Shown here: positions 9,764-21,000 of the stretch, one piece after another
Layout of the letters: every line of letters starts with the position of its first letter
How positions within the stretch are numbered: position 1 is the first letter of the stretch
NCBI GenBank assembly: GCA_964618995.1
Contig: CAZUBQ010000002.1
Location: 25,352 to 89,351 of the forward strand
Direction: 5' to 3'
DNA: 64,000 nt
DNA from: an uncultured Candidatus Poseidoniales archaeon
GTDB taxonomy: Archaea; Thermoplasmatota; Poseidoniia; Poseidoniales; Thalassarchaeaceae
Position numbers and translations under genes: made by a program
Notes under the pieces: generated by a model
Databases searched by the model: none
What the model was told of the DNA's origin: nothing
Seen by the model: the letters and a program-made list of their open reading frames with translations, nothing else

Positions 9764-10828
9764 TCAGACCGGCCGCCGGAGGTTGGACAAACCATCTGAC
9801 TGCAGCATACGGATGAAGTCAATGTCCGGCTCCAGCCACTCAACGCTGGTCAGCTCTTCATTCTCCAGCCAGCGTGTCTGGTCGTGGACGGTCAGGCGCA
9901 ATTCATCCAACGAGCCCACAGGCTCGCACAACCAGAAGGAGAGTTCGACGACCATCGACGGGTAGCCATGCTCCAACCGTTCAAGACAGCGTATAGGCCG
10001 AACCTCAACCCCCAGCTCCTCGTTGATCTCACGCGCCACCGCACCAGCCTCTGTTTCACCTGGCTCGACCTTTCCACCAGGGAACTCCCAGTTTCCTGGC
10101 ATCGCCTCATCAGGAGCCCGGCGGGCGGCCAGAACGCGGTCGTCGTCTGCGAGGATGATGCCCGCAACGACCCTCACCCGAGGTCTCTGAGTAAGCAGCG
10201 CTCCAACCCGTCGCACCAATTCCACCTGCCGCTCAAAGGGCACCTGTTCGGCGGGAGGCACGTGGACGAAGATGGCGGGCAGGGGTCTTCCAAGACGGTC
10301 ACGACAATCTAAGCGGTCGATCATGCGCAGGGTGCGGTAGCAGGTCTCGTTGCACACGAACCTGCCCGCATCGTCGGACCTGCGCACGTCCGAATCTGAA
10401 CTGAATTCAGACAGGAGCATCTTCAGGGGAGCGGTGGTCAACTGCAACGGGAGGCCATCTTCGTCGATGAACGACTCTGATGGCTGACGCCCGCTATTGT
10501 CTGGAATGCGGAAATTGGCTTCGTTGACGGCTCCCGACTCAAGACATAGTCGTCGACGTCGCTCGGCGAAGCCGAGATGTAGAATCGCGTCCCATCCTGG
10601 TTCGTCAACAAGCAGGTCGGCGACCTCGCGGCTACCCGCCTCATCGACGCTCAGTACACGGCATTCCCATTCCACCGCGACCGTACGCGATTCCGCACCC
10701 TGTTGCGCAGGGGAATCTCCGAGGTCGACCGTCTCTGTCGCTCCATCCAGATGCTGTGCGATCTCCCCCGAGATGTTGTGCTCATTGCCTTCGAACGGCT
10801 CGAATCCGGTCACCAACACCCTGCGCAT
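9764..10828 (-). CDS. pcp: pyrrolidone-carboxylate peptidase (Pcp, peptidase C15) fused in-frame to a NUDIX hydrolase domain
   Basis: MRRVLVTGFEPFEGN...AGRFVCNETCY is the Pcp signature, including the catalytic Cys in GxFVCN. It is followed directly by GNWEFPGGKVEPGETEAGAVAREINEELGVEV, a NUDIX box (Gx5Ex7REUxEExGU). There is no stop between the domains. An ATG was checked at 10826-10828. Confidence 0.75.
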   Translation of the reverse strand: MRRVLVTGFEPFEGNEHNISGEIAQHLDGATETVDLGDSPAQQGAESRTVAVEWECRVLSVDEAGSREVADLLVDEPGWDAILHLGFAERRRRLCLESGAVNEANFRIPDNSGRQPSESFIDEDGLPLQLTTAPLKMLLSEFSSDSDVRRSDDAGRFVCNETCYRTLRMIDRLDCRDRLGRPLPAIFVHVPPAEQVPFERQVELVRRVGALLTQRPRVRVVAGIILADDDRVLAARRAPDEAMPGNWEFPGGKVEPGETEAGAVAREINEELGVEVRPIRCLERLEHGYPSMVVELSFWLCEPVGSLDELRLTVHDQTRWLENEELTSVEWLEPDIDFIRMLQSDGLSNLRRPV

Positions 10829-10916
10829 CCGCGTCACCACCAGCAATCCAGCGCGCGGGCGTGTAGGCAGGACATAGATTATCGCTGGCAAGGAAGGAGA
10901 ACCAAGTGGAGTTGGG

Positions 10917-11480
10917 GTGATGGACGACTGGGACCACCTGACTGACGAAGACTTGGACCGGTTCGCCCTAGCCGGAACAAGAGATGCGATGCAGGATGAG
11001 GAGAGCGGCGTCAGGGAGTACTCGAGCTTGATGCTCGCTGACGGGCTGTTGTACGCTGTAGGAGTGATTGCTGTCATGAATTCGGTGCTCGAAGCAGACA
11101 TGTTCCTGTTCTTCTGCGGATCGGGGCTGTGGCTCTGTTCACAATCCATCAACCGTTTTCGGCGATTACTACCCTTGTGGTTGCGTGCAGCCTTGAACAT
11201 GGAGATTGACCCTCCCGATTGGGAGATTCTGACATCCAAGCAGAAGAAGCGCCGTATCGTGACCGTGTTCGTTGCCGCTGCACTGTCCGGCCTCACCGCC
11301 TGGCGCTTCACGGTCGGGTTCGATGAGATCGCCACTCGCAGCGGAGTACCGTTCCACCTCGTCATCTTCACACTGGCTGGGATGTTGGCCCTGCTCGGAC
11401 TGCACTGGATCCGTTTGCTGATGGCTGACGAGGGCATCTACGAACCCCATTCCATGGAGCACGAAGAGCCGTGGGGCTGA
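10917..11480 (+). CDS. hypothetical polytopic membrane protein
   Basis: Acidic N-terminus, then four or more hydrophobic helices. Divergent from pcp. Confidence 0.5.
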   Translation: MMDDWDHLTDEDLDRFALAGTRDAMQDEESGVREYSSLMLADGLLYAVGVIAVMNSVLEADMFLFFCGSGLWLCSQSINRFRRLLPLWLRAALNMEIDPPDWEILTSKQKKRRIVTVFVAAALSGLTAWRFTVGFDEIATRSGVPFHLVIFTLAGMLALLGLHWIRLLMADEGIYEPHSMEHEEPWG

Positions 11481-11504
11481 AGGCGAATGGGTGTGCACGG
11501 GTGA

Positions 11505-11867
11505 ATGAAGATGGCGTCCGACGGCATACATGATGGATTCCAGCGGCGGGTGGCTGAGAGGCTGGCTGATTCACCCCGATGGCAGACTCCTTTCCGGGTA
11601 CTGCTGGTCATCTGGAGTGAATTCACCGGTGGCCTCGGTGCTTGGGGGGCACTACGTCCGCTGGTCGCCACCGCGTTGGCGTTCGTCCCGTTCTTGTTCC
11701 TCGGACAGCACTTCAACCGCCAGCATCGCAAAGGATTCGACTGGGCGATGCTGCAGATTCCATTGCTCCTAGCGCTGCTCTGGCCCCTTCTCTGGTTCTG
11801 GTCCATCTTCGACGCCTACCAGACTGCGATGCTATCCGTAGCAGACGACTATTCGGTCGCCGCTTGA
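11505..11867 (+). CDS. small hypothetical membrane protein
   Basis: 120 aa with two hydrophobic segments. Immediately follows the previous gene on the same strand. Confidence 0.4.
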   Translation: MKMASDGIHDGFQRRVAERLADSPRWQTPFRVLLVIWSEFTGGLGAWGALRPLVATALAFVPFLFLGQHFNRQHRKGFDWAMLQIPLLLALLWPLLWFWSIFDAYQTAMLSVADDYSVAA

Positions 11868-11869
11868 CA

Positions 11870-12361
11870 TCAGAAGTCGTCGGGGTATTCCACCGGAGAG
11901 AACAAGGAACCGGGACCGCTTGCCCCAGAGAGTTGACTACGCACCAGATGTTCCCACTCGCGCATGAACAACAACGCGTCCGTCAATGGCAATTCACATT
12001 CGTTGATCACGTTGCGGATGATCGTGTCGAAGATGTCGATGCGATCCCCATCGACCATGTCAAGCACCTTGTCGAGCGCGAATTCGGTATCTTGCCCAAC
12101 ATCAGCAGCAGAATCCCCAGCCTCCAGCGGCCAAGGTTGGCTGAGTCGTTCTGGCAGCTCCTCTCCCTGCTCAGCAGCGTGTGCGGAGAGGTGCGTGCTG
12201 ATCTGCTTGGTGTATTTCGAAAGCACCAGGCTGACCTCGACGACGGGCATCGAATATTGCTGAGTGAAGTTCACCATTCGTTCCTGCAGGAACAGCAGTT
12301 TGCTGGAGGTGGGAGCGTCAACGGAAGGGGGTGATTCCGGCTCAGGATGTTCATTATCCAA
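11870..12361 (-). CDS. hypothetical acidic cytoplasmic protein
   Basis: 163-aa Asp/Glu-rich ORF. It is the last gene downstream of the giant surface-protein gene on the same strand. Confidence 0.4.
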   Translation of the reverse strand: MDNEHPEPESPPSVDAPTSSKLLFLQERMVNFTQQYSMPVVEVSLVLSKYTKQISTHLSAHAAEQGEELPERLSQPWPLEAGDSAADVGQDTEFALDKVLDMVDGDRIDIFDTIIRNVINECELPLTDALLFMREWEHLVRSQLSGASGPGSLFSPVEYPDDF

Positions 12362-12397
12362 TCAGACCCTCCCTGTCGCTACGGTTCAGAGAGCGGT

Positions 12398-15300
12398 TCA
12401 CTCGTCACCCTTGCCAGTGAACCAACGGGCAGCGCGTTCTAGTTCATCGGCGTTGAGGTAGTTGTTACCTTCAGAGTCAAACGCCACCGCGTATGTCAGG
12501 AATGCTTCGCGGTCGGCGATTCCGTGCTCGGTCATCGCCCGTTCGAGTACCGCTTCAGAGAAGTTCATCTTCGCCAACGCCGCCTTCCCTTCCTGCTGCT
12601 GCACCTTCCAGGCCTCCACCTGCTCATGCGTCCACCCCTTCGCCAGCAGTTGAATGTCAGTCCAGCCCTCCGAACCAGATTGTGTGGCCACATCACCCGA
12701 ATCCTGAGAAATCCCACCTCCCGGTGGAGGGGGTGGAGTCGCTCCGACGGGTATCGAGTTCGGATCGAACCCTTCAGGTGGTGCCGGGGCTTTCTCTGGC
12801 GGAGGGGCGTCGGGATCGAACCCTTCTGGTGGAGGCGGAGGAGCGCTCATGTCAGCGATGACGTCAACCGTCTGATCGTGAGTGGAACCTTCGGGTTCCA
12901 ACCGCCCGAGATTGCGATTCATCACGATGAGCACGACGATGACGATGAGTGCAACCATCAAGGAGATGTAGAGCACAATCGGGCCAATGTTATCGGTGAA
13001 CTGCTGGCTCATCGCGGCCGCGTCGCGTGCTACTGGGGGCTGGAGAATGAGCGGGTCGATAGAGATCCTATCGAGCACCACATGTCCGTCACGGACAACC
13101 AGACGGTAGCGTTCGACGGTCTCCTCCTCAACCTCATCAGTTTCGATGACAATCTCCCCGATGAAGCCTGCTTGTGGCCGCAGTGTCACCTCTGTCGATG
13201 CGTCCTCGACATCGACCCATACGCCGTTGCCTATCTTCCTCTGGAGAGCGAAGGTGAGGTTGCCCTCCTCGTCATTTGAATTGGTTCCGATGATCGTCAA
13301 CGTGACCGGGTCACCCGATTCAGGAGTAGCGTCCGACCAACTGATGTCCGTCTCAAACAGGTCTACGTCCGGGCCGACGCGAACGAGGCGCCAGGTTTCG
13401 AGCGGAGTTGCCTCAGTGTTGTTCTCTGACACATACGGATTTCCGGCAGCATCTGCACCTGTCACCCAGACATCCACCAAGTATCCCGGAAGAAGTTCAG
13501 TCACCCCACCGTCGGTGATGTCGATGGTGTCGGTCCAGTGTCCGTATCCGTACTGCTGCAACAAAGTGCGCAACTCGTAACTGCCACGTGCTACTTCCGA
13601 CTCGCCAGCACGCACGATGTAGTGCAGCACTGCCGGTCGGTTGGAATCGAAACCTGAGGCGTCGCTGGTGTTCAGGAACACCACAATCTCTCCAGCGTCA
13701 GTCAGAGGGATGTCTCCGGAGGGAAGAATGGAGTTGATTACTGGCAGAACGCCATCCACCTCGAGCAGGATGCGCGGCGGCTCAGGTGTCTGGTCAGTCG
13801 CCAGTCCAGGAAGGTTCTCCAGCCATGCGAACATGTCGAGGTGACCGCTACGCACGTTCGGGACGAGGATGTCGACGGTGAACTCCCCACCCTCGCGCGG
13901 CACTGCTCTCCATTCGAGTTCTAGGTTTCCGACGACGATGTCGAAAGCGCCTTCAGGCGCAGGTGCGTGGTCCTCGCTGAACAGGATGCGTCCGTTGACG
14001 CGGACGACCTGTCCGGCAGCGATAGTCCGTTGCTCTCCCTCCTCATTGTACAGGTTCTGGCCGGTGGCCAGATCGATGGCTGTGAAGTGACCCGGGTCGA
14101 GGTCGAAGCGGAGGTCATTGTCGAGGCTCCATTCGTCATTGCCCAACCCACCTCGTTCAGAGAAACATGGCTCCAGTGTTTCCGCGTAACAGGGCCAGTC
14201 GGATACTTCAATCACGGGAATGTAAGTGGACAAACCATCGGTATCCATCTCTTCCGGGAATTGCCATGTCAACTGGAAGCGGATGTTCAGGTCAATGATT
14301 GACTCATTGCCATCGACCAGAGTGTAATCGCTGTAGAGATTGGACACCGCTAATCCAAGACCCCCCGATTCAAGATACATGTCGAGAGTACCGTCCTCAA
14401 GTTTGGTGAAGTTGGCCCAGATTGAGCTCTCTGACTCGCTCAACTCGCCATTGAGAGAAATCTGGACATTGGAGATATCGTTCCAACCGTTACGATCGAC
14501 CACCCTCAGCCGCGCGATGTACTGCGTACCGGGATGCAGTGGTGCCTCGTCGTCGTGTCCAACGATCGTCGAGTTCTCCGATTCCAAGTATGGTTCAAAC
14601 TCCTCACGGATGTGATAGGTGACCAGGTCAGCTTCCCAATCAGGTTCCTCCTCGTTGAAGCCTACACCGCAGGGGTCAGCCTCTTCTGAACACACGGGAC
14701 CTCCACCCATCGCCAGCGCGTTACCCTGAGCATCCGCCCCCTCGATGTAGAGAGATACCTTCTCTCCATGGTGGTTCACGTTGTCCTGGATGAGCCCCTC
14801 GAAGATGTTCAAGCCGCCGGGTTGCACCTCGGGCGTGTTCAACGTCAGGTAACTGTACTCATTCCAATCGGGTATGCCATCGTAATCGAGGTCATGTTGC
14901 CCTTCGACCCAATAGCGCAGGTCGAGTTGTGTTGGCGGATCGACAGAGTCCTGCACGACGATGCGAATCGGCTGGCTGGGTGTGCCCTTGTGCACCTCAT
15001 CGCCATCAGAGGGCGTCGCGCCGATTACGAGCGGACTGTTGCCGTCGAGCACCAGTCGTACCGTGTTCCAACCCGGATTGACGAACTCTGAGTTGTTGAC
15101 GAGGCTGACCGCCTTGATGCGAAAGAGCATACCGCCCGGTGACGACTCGACCGGGCTGACAATCGTGATTGAGTACTGCCCGTGGGACGGATTCGGTTCG
15201 ATGTGGAACTGCTTCTCCGGCTCCATCGGTTCCCCATCCATTGTCAGGTTCTGGCCGGTCAGTTCCAGGCTGAACTGTCCTGCCTGTGGAGAGTAAGCCG

Positions 15301-17875
15301 TTCCATCGAAGGATATCGAACCGTGGAACGTCACCTCGAGTCCGCCACGTACCCAGTCACTTCCGGAGAGTACGCGACCGGTCTCGTCCTCGACGCCCAT
15401 ATCCATCAGTTGGATGTCGTTCTCCACTCGCATTCCAAGACTCTCAGTCTCCCAGCGGGTCACCTGCCTACCGATGTCATCGTCGACAGTGAGCAGAACC
15501 TCGATGCCGCTCTCGTCGTCCCAAGTCCAGTTCGAACGCAACGGGAGCAGCAAGGACAGGACTCCATCAGACGATTCCTGCGAGGTGCAGTTTGCAGCAT
15601 CGAAGGAGATCAGGTCGGCGTTGTCCGACACCAGCGAGCAGGCATTGCCGTTGGACCACCTGATGATGGGATTCTCCACGCCGGTCGCCTGTAACTCGAC
15701 GTCGACCTGGTTGATGCGGTCCGCCTCGTCACCCTCAGCGACCCTAGCCACCAACACACGGCTCACTCCGTCGGGGACGAGCATGCCCCCTTCGAGCGAG
15801 GCGTCGAGCGCCATCGTGGACATCTTGTAGGTTACATCCAGATTGGATACGCGTATGCGACCGGGAGAGCCTGCCATGAAGGTCAGAGTGACGTTGCTGA
15901 CTCCGACTCCGTTATCCAGAATGTTGTCGTTGAAAGCATCGACAAGGTTCTGCCCACTGAGGGTTACCGGTTGGTTGAGCAGGTCCGTGCCGACGTATTC
16001 GTAACTCCCATCATCCCCAATGTCGATTCTGACTGAACTCGGGTAGCCCTCCTCGTAGTCCAGAGTGAACGAAGATAGAGAGGGCGTAACGCTGGAGTCA
16101 GTTGACCCGAAGGTCACCCGGTAGGCCAATTGGTTCCCCTGTGAGGTGAACGTCACCATCTGATTGTTCGTCACCGTCTGCCAGTTGCTGCCGTTGTCAT
16201 TGCTCACCTCCACACCCACTGTCGTCCCCGGTGGAGTGGATTCCACCCAGGACACCTGCATCTGCCCTACCTGTGTGCTCGTCGTGACCGTGGGCGAGGT
16301 CCAACTCCCCGCTGTGTTGTAATCAGTGGAGTAGTTGAGCGACATCCACCACGATACCGAGGTCGACCCTACCATCTGCAGCTTCCAGCGCAACTGCTGG
16401 CCGGGATGAGGGAAGTGCACCGTCTGGTTGTTCACCACCTGAACCCAGTGAGTTCCGTTGTCCGCGCTCACCCAGTAATCGACTCGGTCACCCGCGGCCG
16501 TCGCCGACCAGACCGTCTCGATGTTCGCCACCAGCACGTCGCTGTTCGTGTCGATGGGCTCACTGATCCAGTTCGAAGTCCCCGGTTGGGGAGATATCGG
16601 ATAACTCCAGCCAGTGCCGAATTCCCGGTAGTAGCGATTGGTGTAGTGGTAGTGATCATGCGTCAGAAGTCGCTGGCCATCGTGGTAAATCCCGTAACCG
16701 TTGGCGGGAATGGATGCCTCTCCGGTCTGCTTTGCGAGGGTGGTAGAGGTACCGCTGACAGCGAACACCTCGATTCTGTCCTGATAGTACTGGAAGCGGC
16801 TGCGCATGAAGAACAGGTTGTCCTCGACTGCCAACCCGTGCTGTTGGTTGTAATTCGAGAAGTAAGCGTACTGCAGGCTTCCGTCTCGCTCAAACGTGCC
16901 GTCGTCGGAGAAGGAGTAGGGAAGAATGGTCCGCCTGGTGGGGTGGAGTACCCAGAAGATATCCCTGCTGCGGTCGAACGAGATGCCGGTGTAGGAGCCG
17001 AACTGCTGGCCGGAGAGATCGTAGGACTGGATGCACTCCCAGTTGTTCTCGTAGCGAATGTCAAGCACCCATAATCGGAGATACTGCGCTTGGTAGTTGT
17101 AGGCGTCAGAACCGATGATGGCGTAGAGCCGCTCATCGTCTCCGACAGTCCACCCTCGGAATCCATACTCCCCCCACTGCGACATTGTTGGGAAGGCGCA
17201 GTTACCTGACTCGATCATGACCGAGGAGTGTACCGACATGTTGTTCGGCCAGACCTTCTTCACCACCTGATTGATCTGCTTCGAGTCGAAAGTCGAGACG
17301 TAAAGCCAGTCGCGGTGCTTCATCACCGCGCCGGCATAACTGCCAATCGACGAGGTGAGCGTTCGCTGAGCTGAGAGGCGGGTCTCGGTCGAGTTCGAAG
17401 TGTGCGGCTGGCGGATGCTGAACGAACCGTTGTCATTCCAAGCACTGCCGGACGAGGCGTTGTCATCCATGCTATGCGGGACGAACTCCTTGACGGGGGA
17501 ATCCATCGCCAGCGTGAGTTCATCAGAGCGAGTCTCTACAGATGTGGCCTCACCAGATTCCCAGTCCGGTCGAGATTGATGTACGATCTGGTTCCAGCCG
17601 GTCGACGAGGCGCCGGCAATCGTCATCTCCACATCTGTGACCTCCGCCCCCCGCGGCATCGAGACTTGCACGTTGCGAGCTGGAGTCCCCATGTGGTAGA
17701 CAGCAATCGCCTCGGTGCTGCCATCCGAGAACGAGTACTGGTGGCGGGTTCCACCTCCGGCAGCACTCACGTCGTCAGCGATGAAGGATAGGGCGGGGAC
17801 TCCGATGGAGCAAAGGAACAGCAACAGCAGTGTTCCTGAGAGGAGTCGCTTGCTATGTTCCGGGTCCATGGACAA
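12398..17875 (-). CDS. giant cell-surface protein (1825 aa): Sec signal, ~1600-aa ectodomain, one C-terminal TM, Pro-rich linker and a ~90-aa cytoplasmic domain
   Basis: N-terminal signal LLLLFLCSIGVPALS. Thr/Ser/Asn/Trp-rich beta-type domains. TM IVLYISLMVALIVIVVLIVM. PPPPPEGFDP(x2) linker. Terminal domain with an EF-hand-like DSEGNNYLNADE loop. Confidence 0.8.
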   Translation of the reverse strand: MSMDPEHSKRLLSGTLLLLFLCSIGVPALSFIADDVSAAGGGTRHQYSFSDGSTEAIAVYHMGTPARNVQVSMPRGAEVTDVEMTIAGASSTGWNQIVHQSRPDWESGEATSVETRSDELTLAMDSPVKEFVPHSMDDNASSGSAWNDNGSFSIRQPHTSNSTETRLSAQRTLTSSIGSYAGAVMKHRDWLYVSTFDSKQINQVVKKVWPNNMSVHSSVMIESGNCAFPTMSQWGEYGFRGWTVGDDERLYAIIGSDAYNYQAQYLRLWVLDIRYENNWECIQSYDLSGQQFGSYTGISFDRSRDIFWVLHPTRRTILPYSFSDDGTFERDGSLQYAYFSNYNQQHGLAVEDNLFFMRSRFQYYQDRIEVFAVSGTSTTLAKQTGEASIPANGYGIYHDGQRLLTHDHYHYTNRYYREFGTGWSYPISPQPGTSNWISEPIDTNSDVLVANIETVWSATAAGDRVDYWVSADNGTHWVQVVNNQTVHFPHPGQQLRWKLQMVGSTSVSWWMSLNYSTDYNTAGSWTSPTVTTSTQVGQMQVSWVESTPPGTTVGVEVSNDNGSNWQTVTNNQMVTFTSQGNQLAYRVTFGSTDSSVTPSLSSFTLDYEEGYPSSVRIDIGDDGSYEYVGTDLLNQPVTLSGQNLVDAFNDNILDNGVGVSNVTLTFMAGSPGRIRVSNLDVTYKMSTMALDASLEGGMLVPDGVSRVLVARVAEGDEADRINQVDVELQATGVENPIIRWSNGNACSLVSDNADLISFDAANCTSQESSDGVLSLLLPLRSNWTWDDESGIEVLLTVDDDIGRQVTRWETESLGMRVENDIQLMDMGVEDETGRVLSGSDWVRGGLEVTFHGSISFDGTAYSPQAGQFSLELTGQNLTMDGEPMEPEKQFHIEPNPSHGQYSITIVSPVESSPGGMLFRIKAVSLVNNSEFVNPGWNTVRLVLDGNSPLVIGATPSDGDEVHKGTPSQPIRIVVQDSVDPPTQLDLRYWVEGQHDLDYDGIPDWNEYSYLTLNTPEVQPGGLNIFEGLIQDNVNHHGEKVSLYIEGADAQGNALAMGGGPVCSEEADPCGVGFNEEEPDWEADLVTYHIREEFEPYLESENSTIVGHDDEAPLHPGTQYIARLRVVDRNGWNDISNVQISLNGELSESESSIWANFTKLEDGTLDMYLESGGLGLAVSNLYSDYTLVDGNESIIDLNIRFQLTWQFPEEMDTDGLSTYIPVIEVSDWPCYAETLEPCFSERGGLGNDEWSLDNDLRFDLDPGHFTAIDLATGQNLYNEEGEQRTIAAGQVVRVNGRILFSEDHAPAPEGAFDIVVGNLELEWRAVPREGGEFTVDILVPNVRSGHLDMFAWLENLPGLATDQTPEPPRILLEVDGVLPVINSILPSGDIPLTDAGEIVVFLNTSDASGFDSNRPAVLHYIVRAGESEVARGSYELRTLLQQYGYGHWTDTIDITDGGVTELLPGYLVDVWVTGADAAGNPYVSENNTEATPLETWRLVRVGPDVDLFETDISWSDATPESGDPVTLTIIGTNSNDEEGNLTFALQRKIGNGVWVDVEDASTEVTLRPQAGFIGEIVIETDEVEEETVERYRLVVRDGHVVLDRISIDPLILQPPVARDAAAMSQQFTDNIGPIVLYISLMVALIVIVVLIVMNRNLGRLEPEGSTHDQTVDVIADMSAPPPPPEGFDPDAPPPEKAPAPPEGFDPNSIPVGATPPPPPGGGISQDSGDVATQSGSEGWTDIQLLAKGWTHEQVEAWKVQQQEGKAALAKMNFSEAVLERAMTEHGIADREAFLTYAVAFDSEGNNYLNADELERAARWFTGKGDE
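12690..12850 (-). repeat. coding Pro-rich direct repeat (PPEGFDP x2 within PPPPPEGFDPDAPPPEKAPAPPEGFDPNSIPVGATPPPPPGGG)
   Basis: Near-identical GGATCGAACCCTTC(A/T)GGTGG units at ~12754 and ~12805. This is the cytoplasmic linker of the 1825-aa giant. Confidence 0.6.
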
Positions 17876-18011
17876 GCCTGCCTAGCAATGCCACCATTTC
17901 GGCTGACTATCAATGCTCTGCACAATGGACACACGCCTACGGCGGGTGTCTTGTGACGATTTTCGTCTGTTTCCCAGAGAACACACAACACTGGAAAGTG
18001 AGGGTGCTCAC

Positions 18012-21000
18012 TCAGCCGATGTTCGTCTTACGGTCATCCCAGCGTAGTGGAGATGGGCCGTTCCCACGGACGTTGTCGAGCATGTCGTTCTCAATCTCGA
18101 ACCAATCATTCAGCCAGTCACCATCGGAATCCCAGTTCAATGGGTTCGTCCCATCGGCTATCTGGTCACCATCCATGTCGATGCGCCACCAGCCCCACAC
18201 GTTCTCGCCGATTCCGGTGTTGGGGAAGTGGTACTGGTCACCGAACACCCTGCCGTACTCGTCGGTCCAGTCCCCCTTCACAAGGTGGATGTCATTGCCG
18301 TTGTCGATGGTCATGTAGTCCGGGTCCATGTCGTTGATGACCAGAGCATAGAGCTCATCAGTGGAATTGGTGCGATACATGCGCATGTAGTTCACCAGGT
18401 AGGAACTCGGCTGTCCCAATCCAAGCAGCGTCTCACGTAATTCCCACCATTCGCTGACCACCACGTTGATCGGTGGGCTGGTCCCAGCAATCGGTATCGG
18501 TGTCGAGCGCACCAGCGTGGGCGAGACCAACGAGGCGTTGGTGATGCCGTAGAACTCCTGGAAGTTGTTGTAGGAGGTGTAGGTACAACCGGCATTAGTG
18601 CATTCCCAATCTCCATCTAGGTCCGGATCCTCCATCGCATCGGCAGGGTCGGTAGCGTTGAACGTGTACCAGGTCCAATTCATCAATGGCCGTTCGAGCA
18701 GACCCATGCCGTTGTCGTGCAGCGGGCGCAAGACAATGCTGCCCAGCACTGTGTACTGCTCCCAGACAGTCTCGATTTGGGCGTACGATGACCAGTTGTC
18801 ATTAGATTCGTTCCAGCCCATCTTGTACTCGTACCAGTCGGGCAGCATGTCCCAGTCGGTGTCGTTGTCGAGCGCGTTGGTGCCGTACTTGAACACCTCT
18901 CGACCGTCGAGCAGCGCCCAGTCCCTCTCATAGCTGAGCGTGATGTTGTCGTCGCTCGGATCGCTGATGTGCGTGTAGGTGATGGCGTCTTCGTCGGTGT
19001 CGTTCAGGTCTGGTCGAGTGCCGTTGTCGTACTCCATCCAGTTGGTGAAGAACAGCGGAGAGTTGCCCGCTGATATCTGGTCCTCTATTCCCCCAGAGGT
19101 GAACACATGACTGCTCCATTCCCCTTGAGTTGCCACCCTGTCTCCGGAGGTGCGGTCGAACCAGCCGTCAAGATCAGGGTCGTAGTCGATGTCCAAGGGG
19201 TTCACAGGATTGGTAGCCCAGCGCCAGTCGTCGACTGGGAACACGGTCTGGTATGTCCCGTAGCAGAACTCCCATCCGTCGGGGATGCCATCGGAGTCAG
19301 AGTCGGAGTGAGTCGGGTCGGATATTCCGATGAGACTGAGATTGAAGTTGTCTGAATAAGCGGAGTTGATACGATTCATACGGTTGGAACTGGTGACATC
19401 CTTGGCCGCGAACGTTTGCACCAGTTGCGCGCGAGCATCCCCCCAAGAGAGACCCTGCTCATCCATGTAGGCGTTGATGGCGTCCTCACCGTAGTCGACG
19501 ATGCCGAATCCCGGCGGGAAGGAGTAGCGCATCGACTCCTTTCCGTAGACCCGGGCTTCATACTCGCGGAGGTTCGAGTAACGCTCGTCAGGCGCTATCT
19601 GTCCATCCTGGTTGCAGTCATACGAGTCGTCGTCACTATCGGCGAATACATCGGTGATGGTCAGCGGATTCATCGACCAACGGTTTCCGTCGAGGTCCCA
19701 TTCTGTGAACCAATACTCGTAGCCGTCGATCATGCCATCATCGTCGGTGTCATTGTTGGTCGGGTCGGTGATGCCGATCAATGTAGAGAAAAACGGTTGG
19801 GCTATGCCAGTTACTTCCCAATTCCAGTGTTGCTGTAATGCGATGAACGCTCTTCCAGATCTCCCTTCGAGCATGTCCTCGATGCGTTCGGAGAAATTCG
19901 CTGACTCGAGCACGAGCGCCTCTTCCCACATCTTGGGCGCGTCCGGTGGTGCAAGGCCACCGTTGAGGGGGTTCTCGTACGTCAGGTTCAGCTCCTGCAG
20001 GTCTGTGAGTGCGTCTTGGTCACCGTCCGCGCCTCCATCCCCAGCAACCAGAGGGTTGAGGGTCCAGTTGAGGAAAGACAGGTTCCACTCGGTGAACAGC
20101 AGTTCGATGCCATCGAGCAGGCCGTCACCGTCACTGTCTCCATTGTTCGGGTCGCAGGTCGGCCCGGACAGATTGTACTGGTCTGAGGACATGAACGCAC
20201 CGAAAGAGGGCGCGCCCACACCCTGAGCCCATGGCTGGAGTATGATCTGGTTGCCGCTCCTGAACGGGAACCATTGTGGCGAGGTCTGGTTGGCGTCGGT
20301 CTCAGACAAATTGGCTGAAATGGAGTTGTACTCCTCCCAGTTAGTCATGCCGTCGCCGTCCGGGTCGTTGAAGCGGTCGGACGAGTTCATCGGGTTGAGC
20401 ATCCACTGCGCATCGAAAGTGTCCCAGCGGGCGAACCATACCTCCCAGCCGTCAGGCATGCCATCAGTGTCGCTGTCGGCGGACAGTGGGTCCGATGCAC
20501 CCTCGTCAGTGAGGATGATTCCTGGAACATTGCTGATGGCATTGAAACCGGCACGCTCGCCGAACGGCAGCGTCGCACCGCTCGTCCAACTATCGTTCCA
20601 CAGAGAAGTGACGAAACCTGCGGGGAGCGGGGTGCCGTCATCGGTCATGTTCCCAAAGATCTGCTTGTCCTTGATGTGGTACTCCATCCAGTTGTTGAAC
20701 CACTCGTCCTCGGTCAACTCACCATCGTGATTAGCGTCGTAACCATCACCGTCGGGGTTGTTGAGGTAGTCACTGCCGTTGAGGGGGTTGATGCCTACGT
20801 TAGCCATGCTCCACACGCACGCGTAGCGAGCCTCCCATCCATCGGGAAGCGAGTCACCGTCCGAATCCGGATTGTTGGGGTCGATCTTCGTCCAGTTCTG
20901 TGCGGCCTCGGCACTCTCACCGTGGCTCGGCAGCCCGTTCGCCCGTGAATCGAGCAGAAGGAGTTCCCACTGGTATTCACAGTAGTTCGTCAGCCCATCG

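Noticed and set aside
10829-11437. 203-aa N-terminal extension of the pcp ORF in the track
   Set aside because: Ser/Thr/Pro/Arg-rich and unlike a haloarchaeal protein. It overlaps, antisense, the divergent membrane-protein gene 10917-11480. A verified ATG at 10828 directly precedes the conserved Pcp N-terminus.
12524-13279. Long plus-strand ORFs (e.g. 12524-13279, 15182-15694, 16406-17074) inside the 1825-aa minus-strand giant
   Set aside because: They sit entirely antisense to an ORF with clear signal peptide, TM and repeat architecture. Their Arg/Pro/Ser/His-rich composition is typical of high-GC shadow frames.
17821-17885. Apparent 1-nt inconsistency between the printed sequence and the ORF track around the start of the 1825-aa giant (possible frameshift/pseudogene)
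   Set aside because: Most likely my own mis-reading of block boundaries. The track shows intact ORFs on both strands here, and coordinates checked elsewhere (7031, 10828, 12398, 17991, 18012, 54471) are consistent.
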